This document shows, in pieces, positions 35,971 to 48,997 of a stretch of 64,000 nt of DNA. The notes beneath the pieces were generated by a model. It searched no databases. It had not been told where the DNA came from and was given only the letters and a program-made list of their open reading frames with translations. Position 1 is the first letter of the stretch; each line of letters begins with the position of its first letter. Both the position numbers and the translations under genes were made by a program. Origin of the DNA: Camelus dromedarius (Eukaryota); assembly GCF_036321535.1 (NCBI RefSeq), contig NC_087438.1, positions 4,156,001-4,220,000 of the forward strand, written 5' to 3'.

Positions 35971-38900
35971 GGTCCCCCGGTGATCTGCCACGCCCCGCGC
36001 TGCCCTTGCCAGCAGAGAACAGCTGCTCTGCCCAAGGAAGCACCCCCTGGGGACGATCAGTGGGAAAGACTGGTTGCTGTAAGGACTGGGAGGCCCGCCT
36101 GCCCACCTGCCCACCTCCAACATGGTAACTGAGAAACCACCCAGGGTGAGAGCTCCTCTCGGGGCCCAGCCACCCTGTGAGCCAGCATCTCCCCGGCCAG
36201 TCATGCCGCCCCGACTTCCTGAGAGCCCCACTCCCAGGGCAGACAGTTGTCCCTCAGTCTGTCTCCCCCAGACCCACTCCAGAACAGCCGTAAAACCGCA
36301 ACTGATCATTATAAACAGTGGCCTCTACAGGGAGTTGGCTTTGTTAGATTTATGTAGGCACAGCTGCCCTGGAGTGAATCTGCAAGATACCGGGTCTGAA
36401 CTCGCTCACAGGATGAGTCCCACGGCCGCCTGGACAACGTCCCGGGTCTGATCCCTAAGGGTTTGGCCGTGACCGGCTCCCTAAGGACAGCCATGAATCA
36501 GCAGCTCAAGCAGCTGGAACAGAAAGGACCAGTATTTCTGGCGGCTAATAGGGAGGGAGGTGCCTCAGTGCTGGCGGGGCCCGGACGGATGGCTTCCCTC
36601 CGCCTAGGTTCTGTCAGAGAAGGACGCCGGCTCTCGCTTTAACCCGAAACCAGGACGCAGGTGGGAAGCCTCTGACCAACACCAGCACCGGAGGGGCACT
36701 GGGGAGCCCCGAGCGTGAGCTCCTCTAATCCTGGGGCGTCACCAACCCCTGCCTTTGCCTGCGCCCAGCGCAGCACCTTAGGGAGGACGTGGGGTCCCGG
36801 CTCTTTGCTGAGCCGCCCAGGGTCTCAGGGAGCGGGGAGCGGGGACCAGAGGCTGCAGGAGAGGCTGACTGAGCGGTTGGGGATCCGTGCTTGAGCCCAG
36901 GGGCAGCCTGCTCACCTCTTCTTTCCACACGGGAGCCCCTGAAGCCAAGCCCTCTGGCTCCCGTCTCAAGAATGTGGAAAGAGGACATGGACGTAAAGAG
37001 GGTGTGAGAGGATGGTCACCTTCATGACGGTGATGGTTTTCTCAGGATGGTAACATTTCAAAGGATTCTACTCTGCTGGCAACGTTCTTATTAAAGGTGT
37101 CGCTTACCTTGTTTGCAGTAAGCACGAATCAATGATGTGCTCGGAGAAGCAAGGGAAAGCTATTTCCGCGGGGGCGAGGGAAGAAAACACACAGGGACCT
37201 CCAAGGCCACCGTGGGATCTGCATGAGACGTGGATTCCCCCAGGCCTGCTCTGCCCCGAGTAGGTGGGTTTTGCCTCCAAAGCCTGCCTCACACTCACGA
37301 TGGGGGTGATGCCTGGCCGGGGTGGGGCCAGGACGAGGGCACTGGGGCAGGGCTTTAGGGGGTGGGCACTGCAGCCGGCAGTTCTGGGGCCGGGGGAGGA
37401 TATTCAGTGACAGGCTGGAGGCAGAGGCCCTAGCTCCATGCACTCCCTGTGACTCGAGAGCAGACCCTGCCCAGCGCAGCCTGCGCACTGTGTGCTGCAC
37501 AGCTCTGGGGGCTAGTCCAGCAAGCAGCATCTTTGTGAACTGCCAGGAACAGAGCATTTCAGCCCACTGCACCGCACAGCAGAACCGCCAAGGAAAAGAG
37601 TGCGGCCAAGCCCTGGACAGACCACATTCTGCCCTCAGGGAGATGAGAGAGCGCGAGGCCAGCTCCTGCAGTCGGCGTTGGTCCCCCGGATGCAGGGCCA
37701 CTGGCCTGCGTGGACCTTTCTTGTGCCACAGCAGAAGGACCGGGTATCTCCTAGCAGGGGACAGACAGAGCAGTGGGTTGGCCAGGTGCCATCTGGCGCA
37801 CACTGAAGCCGCAGAAAGGAGGACACACTGCATCTGAAACGGGGAACAGGGCCCCACACAAGGTGGCAGGTCTGCTCGGGCTGTGAGGGGAAGTGCTCCG
37901 GGCCCAGGGCCAGTTCTCCAGCAGCCACGAGGGGGGTCTAGAGACTAAATGGGTGACACTGCCCCCCCCCAACAGGGGGGTTCCTCACTTCGTCTCAGGG
38001 CAGCCAGTCCCCACCCGGGCTGTGCCTGTGACGGCCCTGCCGATGCTCCCCGGCCCCCGTGCGCAGGGGCCCGGTGGGTGATCGCAGAGTCGCTCTCAGC
38101 GACTACTTGAGGTGAGGTGGCTGCAAGCCCCAGCCAGGCCGGCGGCTGGAGAGAGAGGAATAACAGCCTGGGACCTGGGCCGCCCAGGAAGGAGCCGCCT
38201 GATCCAAAGGGCCCCACACACCTAACGGCTGGCTCCCGGCTGGGACAGCACGGTAGCAGCTCCTGAGAGGCGCGCCCGCCTGGCGCCGGGGCTCCGCCCG
38301 GCTCCTGACGCACCAGCCACATGCCTCACCCAGACGTACGAGGCTGGGGCCTCTGAGCACAGGTCCGCTGGTGGAGGGGCCGTGCCCCCCGCTGAAAGGC
38401 TTCCTGGAGGCCACCTCGCTGACTGTATCCTGGCCCTGGCTTTGCAACCACTGGCGGGATTGACCCCTGCCTTTTCTGGCCCCTCTGGAGCCAAGTGTGG
38501 CCCTGGCTCCCACACTTTGCCCATCACTGGAGTCTGCACATCTCTCCCTCACTTCCTCTCAGTGCTGGCAGGAGGCTGGGAGAATGGGAGAAGGAGGACC
38601 TTGCAAAGGCTCCTAGGCGGACCTTCCTAGCTGACATCTCGCTACCACTGAGAATTTGGCTATCAGAGGTGGGAGGGCATCTCTAAGGACCGGGAAGCCC
38701 GGGTCCAGGACTAAGCGCTCCCAGGGCGGCCAGCAGACCTGCTGCACATTTCCCTCGTCTCGGGGAGCAGCACAGCCCTCACTTTCTGCTGCTGGAAGCC
38801 GTTCCCAGTGCACGGAGGGAAACAGCACCCAAACAGGGAACAATTCAGCTCCGACACCAGGGAGACAGACGATACGTTGAAATGATGAATTTCTGGTGCC

Positions 38901-40407
38901 AGCACAAAATCAAGTAGGAGGGATCATTTATCAAGTTCCCAGCACAGCCCACAACGGAAGGACCTTTGAGGTTTTTGGTTGGTTGATAGGGAAATTGAAA
39001 CCTTAACCAAGGGTTTAGATAAAAATCCAGTAGGAGATGTTAACTGAGAAACCCATGCTTAGCAAGTGACTGGGACGGCTTGTTCTATCCAAGCGGCACT
39101 CCTTGGCCCTTGTGGTGCCACGTGAAATGTTGGTCACGTTTGGCGGTGTGAGCTGGCACGTCACTTAGTACGTTTAGCACAACCTGCGGCTCCCTAAGAA
39201 GCGCTGTTCGCTGTGAGCTTAAAAAGTGGCACCTGCTTCACGGGCTGCTATTTCCACGGCAGCTCGAATCCAAAGCGAGATCCTAGAAAATGTGGAGACT
39301 TTGAAGGGGTTGCTCATGCTCAGTGATCCACCCCATCCTTGGATTCCAGCCCTGTCTCCTCGGGCGCCTGCCATCAGGCTTCAGTGACGATGTACCTGGC
39401 CCGCTGGACTTCTGTGTCTGGGGACAGCGACGTCCCAAGATGGAGTTTTCCCAGCCAGGGCCTCCCTCTGGAGCTGCCTCCATCACTCCCCTGCCCTGGC
39501 TGGACCCCATGTCTGTCAATACCCCTCCCCAGGTCAGGACTCTCGGCCTCTTGTTTAACTTTCAATCTGAATCTGAGGCACAAAGGTGTGTCTCTTGGTG
39601 GTGCCTTGATTCCAACTGCAGAGAAGAGCGAGCATGTGATAAACCTGTGAGTGGTTAAACTGGAAGAGGTTTTGTGATGCAGTTGGACAAACAAGACCCA
39701 GGGGGCAGTTACCAGAAGCTCGTGGACTTTCCATCCTGGGCTCTTTCCACAGCTGGTTAACGTCTCGTTCCTAAAAGCCCAGAGACCCCACAATGCACAG
39801 CGTCCCTCGGTGAGCTTGTGCCCAGCCCTGAACAGGCTCAATGAGACGGGGCAGTAACTTCCCTGACGGACTCAAAACCCTCTGTATACCACTACTCTGC
39901 AGGCAGAGAACTGAGTTTGTAATCTGCTTTTTTGCAGGCCACTTCTGTCTATGTGCTCTGGGCTCTCAAAAACATCCAGCCCCTGAAAGAACCCTGCCCC
40001 GGCTCTCATTAGGTCTGGGGCTCCCTATGGGTATCGTATGTGTGTTTGCAAGATGCCCTCACAACCCAAGGTCACCCCGCCATGACCACCCACCCGTGGG
40101 GAGGCACCCACTGCAGGCCTCGGCGTCCCAGAGGCTGGGCACGGGCACTGCATCGCGAAGCTGGACAACCACAGAGGCCCTGCCTCCTCCCGTCTCAGCT
40201 GGGCCCCTACCTCGCCGGTGACAAGCTCTCAGCCTCGGCTGCTCCTCAGCCAGCGCCTCCCTTGCCGAGTGGCGCCGGGCCCCCTAGCGCCCGGGACGCT
40301 CCAGCCCCAGGCTGTCTCCCAGCCGCAGCAAGGGCCGCCCTCCCCCCTCCGCACGGAGCAGGAGCCTCAGTCGCCCTGAGCACCGAAGCCGGCAGCTTGT
40401 CACGGCC

Positions 40408-40837
40408 CGTGACGAGTCACCAGGTGGCCTAACAAAGCGCCACAGGCTGGCATCTTGGACAGCGGACGTGTCCCGCCTCCTGAGCTGAGTTCTCCCGCTG
40501 CTTCCTCTGAGGCCTGGGAGGGAGGCGCTGCTCCAGGCCGCTCCCCCCGCCCGGGTGGCCCGGGGTTCACAGCAGCCTCCCCCCCGTGGAGCTCTGCCCC
40601 GTGCTCAGGTGGACTTCTCCATGTGTGTGCGCGTGTGTGTGCGTGTGCGCGTGTGTGCAAATGCCCCCCTTTACAGGACGCCCCCCAAGCTGGATCAGGG
40701 CCACCCTGACGACCTGGTTTTAGCTGGATTACCTCTCTAAAGACCCTGCGTCCAGTGCAGGCTACACTCTGACGCACTGGGGGCCACGGTCCAGCACACC
40801 TTTTCTGGGAAGTGGGGACACAGTTCAACCCACAGCA
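40408..40837 (-). mobile_element. MLT1B-type MaLR LTR, strongly GC-shifted
   Basis: TAACAAAGCGCCACAGGCTGGG...GATTACCTCTCTAAAGACCCT...GGGGACACAGTTCAACCCACAGCA. Confidence 0.82.
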
Positions 40838-42641
40838 CCTGGTGCAGGGCGAGGCGAGCGAGGGCCCCATGCCCAGGCTGCACAGGCACAGGTCGCTCCT
40901 GTCTGGTGTCCTGGTGACCTCACTAGCCCGGCCCCAACAACAGCCCTGCTGCTGGTTTTAATATGAGCCCTGAGAAGGCAGCCCCACGCTCCCTCGTTGG
41001 CCCAGTACACGAGGAACCCGGCCAGGGACTTCTCAGGGGGACCAAACCCAGGGTGTGCTCAGAGCCTCTCACCCCTGAGGGCCTGCGGCTTCCTCCTGCC
41101 GCCTTAAGCTGCCACGTCTCCCGCCTCCGAGGCGTGCTCTCTCTCAGGAGACAGCACTGTCCGTCGGGCAGTCCCTGGTGACCACCACCTGAGCAGGTCA
41201 GTGGTCACACAGATGTCTCCATGTCCAGGCTGGGGCTGGCATGGTCTCCAGCCAGCCCCCTGCCGTACTGGGAAGACTGAAGGACAAGCGAGCGCGAGGT
41301 CAATTTGGGTACCAAACCCGCGCCACGTTCCTTGGTGTGGCCAGTGGGGGAGGAGTGTTGAGGTAACCAGAGGAGACCAAGCACCCTTCCAAGCAGCCAA
41401 GCAAAGTCTTCCTGGTGGCACCTCACAGTCCACATGACCCAGAGGGGACGGCGAACAGAGGAGAAGCACTATGGGCACGTCGGCGCTGAGTCTTTTCCTA
41501 GAAACCAGCACAGGAGGGGCGCGGAGGGAAATCAGATCTTGCCACCCCAGAGGAGTTCTTTGGCGCCTCCCGTTTAGGGTTCAGTGAGGACCGTGCCCCT
41601 CCGAGCATCAGCACAAACGGTCCTGGTTGTCGCACTGATGCTGTGTTAAGGGGCAGGGGCTTGGGGCAAAAGAGCCCCGGAAGCCCAGCGCTGCCCACCC
41701 CTCGTGGCATGGTCCTGCTCACGTTCCTTTGCTGCTCTGTCCCTCGGTCTCCTCACCTAGAAAGTCTGGACACCCATAGCTCTGACCTCCCTGGGTGTTA
41801 TACGACTCAAGTGAGGTCTTACGTACAGAGGAGGGAGAACAGGGCTGGGCACATAGAAACACCCCAGAGCTCCGAGCTGTGATGACTACTGAATACCCTT
41901 CTCACACCTCAATAATTTGAAATGAGTCGATTTTTAAATTTTATTTTATTTTTATTATCAAATACTCTACAGCCAAAATTCAAATCCTCTTGAAAGGAGA
42001 ATCTATGCGAGCAACCTGCGGTGACCTGGCAGCAGAGCCCTGAGGATGAGCTCCGGGGAGTCACACTGAGCCAAGCCCGGGGCCCACCTGCTCTGGCGTT
42101 GCCCCCCGTGCTGCCCTGGCCCTCCTGAGGGCAGGCTGGGAAATGCAGTGCCTCCTGGCCCCCACAGACTCCTTCCAACCCTCCATGTCCTCATTTTCCC
42201 TCAATCTTTCCATCTCGTTGTTTCACCTCAATGCAGGTCCATGAATGAAGAACTTCCCATGAGACGGCTGTGAGGGTTTATTACTTGTTCTGAGTTTTGC
42301 ATCCATTTTCTTTCACAGAGTTTTAAGAAATATTTGGGGCTTTGTTTTTCTTTTCATCTCCTTCAATTCAATCTGTTACAGAGATCAAGTTATAACCCTG
42401 GTTCCATTTGTGGTTTTACCGGTCCCCGGGGCAGACTGACGGCTGTCTGTTCGAAGCATGGCGAAGACAGTAGCCCTGTAATCTACCTTGAGTCAGCTTC
42501 CACTTCACTGTCAGCTCCGTGCCCACGGTGTTCGTGGGCAAGCTTCTTCAGGGGGCAGACTCAGAAATGGAAACTGTATTGCATAGAAAAGAACTATAGC
42601 CAGAAAAAGAAGTGCAAAGAGTGGAACTTGAGGACGCTGAC

Positions 42642-42838
42642 TTTTTTTAAAATTCATTCACTTATTTTAATTGAAGTATAGTTGATGTACAATACATTAG
42701 TTTCAAGTACATGGCATAGTGATTCAGTATTTTTATAGGTTATATTCCATTTACAGTTATTATGAGATAGCGGCTAAAATTTCCTGTGTTATACAATGTG
42801 TCCTTGCTACTTTTCCATCTTATACATAGTAATTTTAC
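42642..42838 (-). mobile_element. L1 3'UTR fragment (cetartiodactyl type)
   Basis: TTTTAATTGAAGTATAGTTGATGTACAATA..TTAGTTTCAAGT..ATAGTGATTCAGTATTTT. Confidence 0.88.
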
Positions 42839-43067
42839 TTTCTGAGAGAGGCTAAGAAGTCCAGATTGGAGAAGGGCAGGCTGGATGGGGGACAGCCCTA
42901 AGAACCTGGTGTCACAGGTAAAGGAAAGTTGCAGGGTGACAGCAGTCATCCTCGGGGCACAGGGGCGATCAGCACCCCGGACATTCCTAGCAACAGGAGT
43001 GGCTCCCGGGGCCTTGGGAGTCTGCAGGGCAAGGACAGAGCAACCAGGGCAAACACCACCCATGCTT

Positions 43068-43419
43068 TGTATTAGTCTGCTTGGCTGCTGTAACAAATGC
43101 CACAGACTGGGTGGCTTAAACAACTGAAATGTATTTTCCCACAGTTCTGGGCACCAGCATGGTTGATGTCTGGGGAGAGGTCTCTGCCCGGCTTGCAGAT
43201 GGCCTCCCCACTGTGTCCTCAGGTGATGTCTTCTGTGTGCCCGCGGGGAAACAGAGGTCTTTCTTCCTCTTCTTACAAGGCCACCCACCCTATTGAATTA
43301 GGGCCCCATCCTTTATGAACTCATTGAATCTAATTTCTTCCTAAAGGTCTTCTCTCAAAATACAGTCACATGGACACTTTAACTTAGGAATTTTGGAGGG
43401 ACATATTCAGTCCATAACA
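43068..43419 (-). mobile_element. MLT1A-type MaLR solo LTR, complete
   Basis: TGTATTAGTCTGCTTGGCTGCTGTAACAAATGCCACAGACTGGGTGGCTTAAACAAC ... ATTCAGTCCATAACA, with a perfect 5-bp TSD TGCTT at 43063-43067 and 43420-43424. Confidence 0.95.
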
Positions 43420-45639
43420 TGCTTTAAAAAGAAGAGAGATTAAAGGAGGAGAAAATGAGTGCATTTTATATGAAACTAATAAGCCCAGAGATATGGGAAA
43501 TAAGTGGTTAAATATTCATTGAAATGTTTCTGTTTCAATTTTTTATTTTCGAAGAAACTTGTAAACATAAATTACACATAAATACCTTTTTCTGAAAATC
43601 TTGTGCAACTCCTTTTCTGGACATTTGACAGAGAACTTTCTGTAGGCTATGTGTGCATAGCTTTGGCTGGAACTCTGAGCGCTGAAGAATATTAAGCATT
43701 TTAGATATTATTACAGAAATGAACACACTGTGTCTGTTTCACCCATGCTTTCAGCTAGGTGTGCACAGCCTGGGGTTTCCATGCATCTTCTCTTGTTGTT
43801 CAGCTCAGCAGGCTGGCCAAAGCAAGAGGAACCCTCACTGGTTCTCCCAAAACAGATAAGAAATCTCTTATGCCATATGTCTGAAGCCAAGACTTAGGTG
43901 TGTGCACCCCAGGCCAAGCAGGTGACCCAAATCAGTTCATCCAGAAAACGCAGGAGAACCAACAGCTTCCAAGAGGATGTGGTGATCAGAGAGAACATTG
44001 TACCACTTATCCCCACAATATTGTTTTCCATTTATTAAAAGCCCATTTGTCTATGTCTGGACATTGGCTAGGTAACTGACAGATATATTCATCCAGTTCA
44101 TAAAGGTCTCTTCTAACATCTGGCTTCTGTGTGGAAGCGGTTGCCCTCCCTTTCTCCTTCCCCAGCCTGCCTTTGCTCCTGTTTGCTTTATTGCGTTTTG
44201 CATTTGGAATTGTCCCCTGGAACTGTCGTGTCATGAACATTTGTTGTGTGTTCCTTCCAGCACTTCTTCAGGAAGAATGATCCCAAAAGGTTCCTCATAA
44301 AATTTGGCCCCAGGAATCTTTCAACCTGAGCAAACATTCCGGATCTAGAACCAACTATCCTTTTTACCACAAAAAAAAACATGGTACAGCATCACTTCTT
44401 AGCATCCTTGAGAAAGAAGGATGGAATTTATTTCGTGTATGAATTGCCTTTTTAAAAAAAAATAATTCCAACCCACTAACTAACAGTGAGTTGAATAATG
44501 ACTCCAAACAGAACAAAGGTGTTCACTTTTGAAATTATTTCCTGTACTTGCCTTTCTGGGGGATAAATTTCAAACTATTTCTAAATAATCTTTTCCAACT
44601 CAGACATAATTCCTTAGATTAAGGCAATTAATGAAAGTTAAATATTTTGAATAAATAATAACTGGCTTATGGTTTTGAAAAACAAAATGGAGAAAAAAAT
44701 TGTGACTGCCAAATTTTGGTCCACACTTGGCCTGCAGCCAGCACTCATTCATTATCCTTTATTTAGTCATTGGATCTTTTGCTCTAAGCCACATACAGAT
44801 GCATATTTCTAAATTAGATGCTACCAAAATATTCATTTTGCTCTTAGAGAGTTATTTTTTAGTGAAATGAATGGACCCTCAATTATGTTACAAGAGTACG
44901 AAGGGCCATTAGGTTAGTGTTAACATCAGTTCTCAGTGACTGGATCTCAGGTTATTGTTTTGTATCAGTAACCTAGCCAGTGGCTGCTCACATCCAGCCT
45001 CCTCTTACGCTGCGTTGTTTCTTTCCAGGTGATTTCCTGAGGATGCTTTTCTGTACCATTCCCTCAGTGTCCTCCAGGGCATGGCTCTGGCCCCGGCAGC
45101 CTCTTCTGGAACACTGCTCGCTCATTTCCAAAAGCACCAGTCCCTGAGACGTAAGGCTGGCAACATGTGCAGCTGGAGTCTGATCTCAGAGCATCTCCAA
45201 GGTCCTGGTGACATCTCCATCCCAACACCCTCGTTGTGATAAGGACATCCCCGTGAACCCCATACCCCAGCTCACCGTAAGCCTTCCATGGCCCCACCCT
45301 GTAGGTGCCGCACTAAGACTCTCATCGCGTAGAATCGATGTGTTTCATCCCTGGACCACGGGCAGGAGCGGTGCTTGTCTCCCTCCTGTCCTCACTGCCT
45401 GCCCTGGGGCCGCAGGAACATACATGAACCAACGCGTATTGATGAACGGACGGATTAATGAGTGGACACAAGTGTGGTGTCAGGAAAACAATGGGATTTC
45501 CCACCATCCCTTCTCTCAGCCTTTGGAATGGCTCTCCGTAAACTCTTACAAGCCCAAATAATCACACTCTCCAAATTATAATCAGAGATTCTGTCTAATG
45601 TTGGGGACAAGTGCACAGGAGTTGGGGAAATTCAGTTAG

Positions 45640-46020
45640 TGATGCCCATTCTGCATCTTTCTGGCCCACAGACCCCTCCTGCTCCCAGCTGTGCCCAGCT
45701 CTGTGCCCTGGGGGTGAAGTCTGGCTGCATCAAGGCTGCCTTGATTTCTGGCTTGAGCTCAGGTCCAGCCACGGAGTCATTGACAAATCCGAGAAGAGGG
45801 AAGGGCTGAGGCAGTTCCTCTCCGCTCTCTCCCTGCTTCGGCCTCATGGCTTGGTCCCTTCCATGGCTCCAGCCATCAAGGACATGGAGCCATGGCCGAG
45901 GACCTCTCCCTCCCCCCCGGGACCTCCGTGCACCTGCCGGGTGTCTTAGCTTGGCTGCACCTCTGCAGTCTGTTTCCTAAGGGCTCCTGCTGCACACAGA
46001 TCCCTGTCTCTGACCTTGCA
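45640..46020 (+). mobile_element. LTR33-like (ERVL) LTR relic
   Basis: GCTCTGTGCCCTGGG..CTGCATCAAGGCTGCCTTGATTTCTGGCTT..CTCTCTCCCTGC. Confidence 0.6.
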
Positions 46021-48009
46021 TCCAAACAAGCTCAAGATTTAAATATACAAATCTAGACCACATGAGCACTAACATGGAATGTAAGTATTTGGGGATCTTA
46101 GGCATCCAGAAGGCTCTCTGGCACTGGGAGAGGTGTGTCTAAGAAAATTTAACTTCTACACTCTAAAAATACAACCTATGACAAAATTTTTTACTGCACA
46201 TCTCGGTCCCACTCCTTCCTACTCTTGATCCCTAACAGAGCCGGTTTTGTTCAGGAGTGCATTTAGCCAGGCATTTCTGGGGACACGGCTCACCCCAGCC
46301 CCCAGTTTGGGCACTGGGGGGTCTACACCCTCTACCCTGATCTGTGGCCCTGGACAGTGCTTTGTTTTGAGATGGTCATGCACCTGGCCAGTGAGAACTG
46401 CTGGGAAGTGGTCCCTCTCCTCACTCTCAAAGTTAGGTTCCTCTTTCTCCTCCTGCTTAAAATGATAGCTGTTCATTCATTTACCACTTATCCATTTACT
46501 GATTCCATTGGGACTCCCCTGCGTACCATTAGTGAAGGCTTCAGGGTCTACAACAAAGACAGTATTTATTGACAGCTGTTTGAGAGCAGACTTGAGTCAA
46601 GACAAGGCCCTTCTCCACCAGTGGAGATCAATCCTTTAAAAGGAAGGCAGTCTGAGACATCAGTGAAACCTCCAGCATCTCTCTTGACTGTGGTCATCTG
46701 GGTCGGGGCTGCTCAAAATTATTTAACAAGATCAAAATACAAAGAAAGGAGAAAAAGAAAACCGAGAGAAGCCCCGCGGCCGGGCACTCAGTGATGTCTG
46801 TTTAATGCGATAAGAAAAAAGGAGCAGCAGACAGACGTTTTCTATTATTTATCAGCATCCCCGAGGCAGCCAAATCAAAGCTCCAGCTTCCTTTAAAACA
46901 GAGCAGATGTGTTAGCAGCAAACTTTCTGACCCACAGAAGCGGATGCGGCCACTTGACTGCTAAACAAGTTTTCACTTGTGATCAGCACGGAGGCCTTGG
47001 GAATACCATGTTTTTTCACATTGGGTGAAAAGATACAATTCCTCATAGGTCAGATCACCCCCAGCTTTCAAGCAGTAGAAACAAACAAAGGAAAACAAAA
47101 CAAAAATCGGAGTGCCCTGCTGTGGTCAGACAAGGGAAGCCATGTTCACCTACCGGCCCACGAAGGGGATGAGACCAGCCAGCCTTACACCTCGGCAGGC
47201 AGGAAACTCAGGCTACTGGATTCTCCTTCTGAGATCAGAATTCCAGGGCCACGTTTATACACTCATCGCCCTGCCCTCCCTAGGTTCCCCTCTGAGGGCA
47301 AGGCCCCTCACCACGCCCTCCATCACTGCCTCCTGTTCCTCTGGACACTGTTCCCATGGTCACCGAGAGTCCTGGATTTATCCAAACTCCTGTTCTCAAC
47401 CTTGGCAACTTGATTGTCTGTGACATCGCACATGGACGCATTGTTAAGAAGAGTATCTATTTAGCAGACATTTTTTTTAAATCTATAAAAAATAGAATAG
47501 ATGCATTCTCATATGTGTGTGTGTTCTCTTAAACATAATAATTATTAGTCATTTATCTTTGTGTTACTAACAGGCCTAGATAGTCTAAGTACGTATTTTA
47601 GGTCGTTTTGTTTTATCAAAAAGTTGATGGTGCTGGCATTCAGCTAACATCTACTGTTTCGCTTGTCTCTTCCTGGGAACAGTGTCCTCCTTCTTTTTGC
47701 CATCGGACCCCACCCCTATGTAGTTCTGCTGAAGACGGTGAATCAGAGAGAGGCAGAACACAGCATACCAGTTAAGTGTGGGCTCGGAGGCAGACCTCAT
47801 GAGGTTGGCGCTGTTATTCTCATGAAACAGGTGAGGAAGTGAGACCTAGAGAGGCTCTGAAACCCTCCCAAGGTCAGTGTTCTATTGTTTTTGTCAAAAG
47901 CTAGCACAGACCTGCTTCTTCCCGCTTTCAGCTACCAAGGTCTATTCAAATCCTTCCTCTCCATGTTCAACCAGAGAGGAAAAAAGAAAGCCTTATTTTT
48001 TTGTACTGC

Positions 48010-48443
48010 CGAATTATCTTCCTAGGACTGCCTTCATAAATCATCACAAAACTGGTGGCTTTAAACAGCAGATCTTTATTCGCTCACAGTCTGGAGGCCA
48101 GAAGTCAGAATCCCTGTGGAGTCTCTGGGGAAACCTATTTCATGCCTCTTCCAGCTTCCGGTGGCTCCAGAAATCCTTGACACACCCTAGACTTGCAAAT
48201 ATATCACTCCAGTCTTTTCCTCCACCTTCCCATTTCTTCTCCTTTCCCTCTCTGTGTGTCCTCTCCTGTTACCACTGGACACCAGTCGTTGGATTTAGGG
48301 CCCATCCTGAATTCAGGGTGATCTCCTCTCAAGGTCCTAAACTTATTTGCATCTGCAAAGACCTAATTTCCAGTAAGGTCACGTTCTGAGTTTCCAGGTG
48401 GACATAATTCTGGAGGTGGGGGGACATTATTCAACTCACTACA
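48010..48443 (-). mobile_element. MLT1C-type MaLR solo LTR
   Basis: AAACTGGTGGCTTTAAACAGCAGA..TCTGGAGGCCAGAAGTC..TTGGATTTAGGGCCCA..CATCTGCAAAGACC..ATTCAACTCACTACA. The flanks ACTGC and AATGC look like a 5-bp TSD with one mismatch. Confidence 0.92.
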
Positions 48444-48751
48444 AATGCTTACAGTTGAGAGAGCTCTCATTCACCCTGTTAGCCCATCACACAGAACTCA
48501 GTTGCAGGAAGAGGCCACTTCCTTTCGCTCACACCACTTCTTCGGGGGCCCTTCTTCAGACCAGTCTGCTGGAGGGACTACCAGGCCTCCTTCAGCTTTG
48601 TAGACCTGTGCAGGCCCCTCTGATTGAGTCGACTCCTGTATGTCTTTGTTCGTCTCATTGTCATGTATAGAATTCCTTCTTGGGTTCAGAATCAAAATAT
48701 AGGTGCTGAAAACAGTGGAGAATGAAAAGAATACTGAGGCGGGGGAGTCTG

Positions 48752-48832
48752 TCAATCAATCTATCTAGCTACCTACCTACCTATCTATCCATCCATCCAT
48801 CTGTCTATACACACACACACACACACACACAT
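48752..48832. repeat. Compound (CTAT/CTAC/CCAT)n and (CA)n simple repeat
   Basis: Directly visible. Confidence 0.9.
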
Positions 48833-48899
48833 TCATATCTATCGACACATCTAAGCTACCTATTACATATCTTTCTGCTCAAGAAATGGATGCACTATT

Positions 48900-48997
48900 T
48901 TGTAAGAAAAACATACAAGCTCATGCAGGTAGGTATTTTAGTTTGCAACAGTGCCTGGAACACAAGAGTTGCTTAGTAAATATTGATGAATGAATAA
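48900..48997 (+). mobile_element. LINE-2 3' terminus
   Basis: ACAGTGCCTGGAACACAAGAGTTGCTTAGTAAATATTGATGAATGAAT. Confidence 0.8.

Noticed and set aside
37129..37857. 242-aa and 171-aa overlapping ORFs
   Set aside because: Stop-poor GC-rich sequence with no homology recognised.
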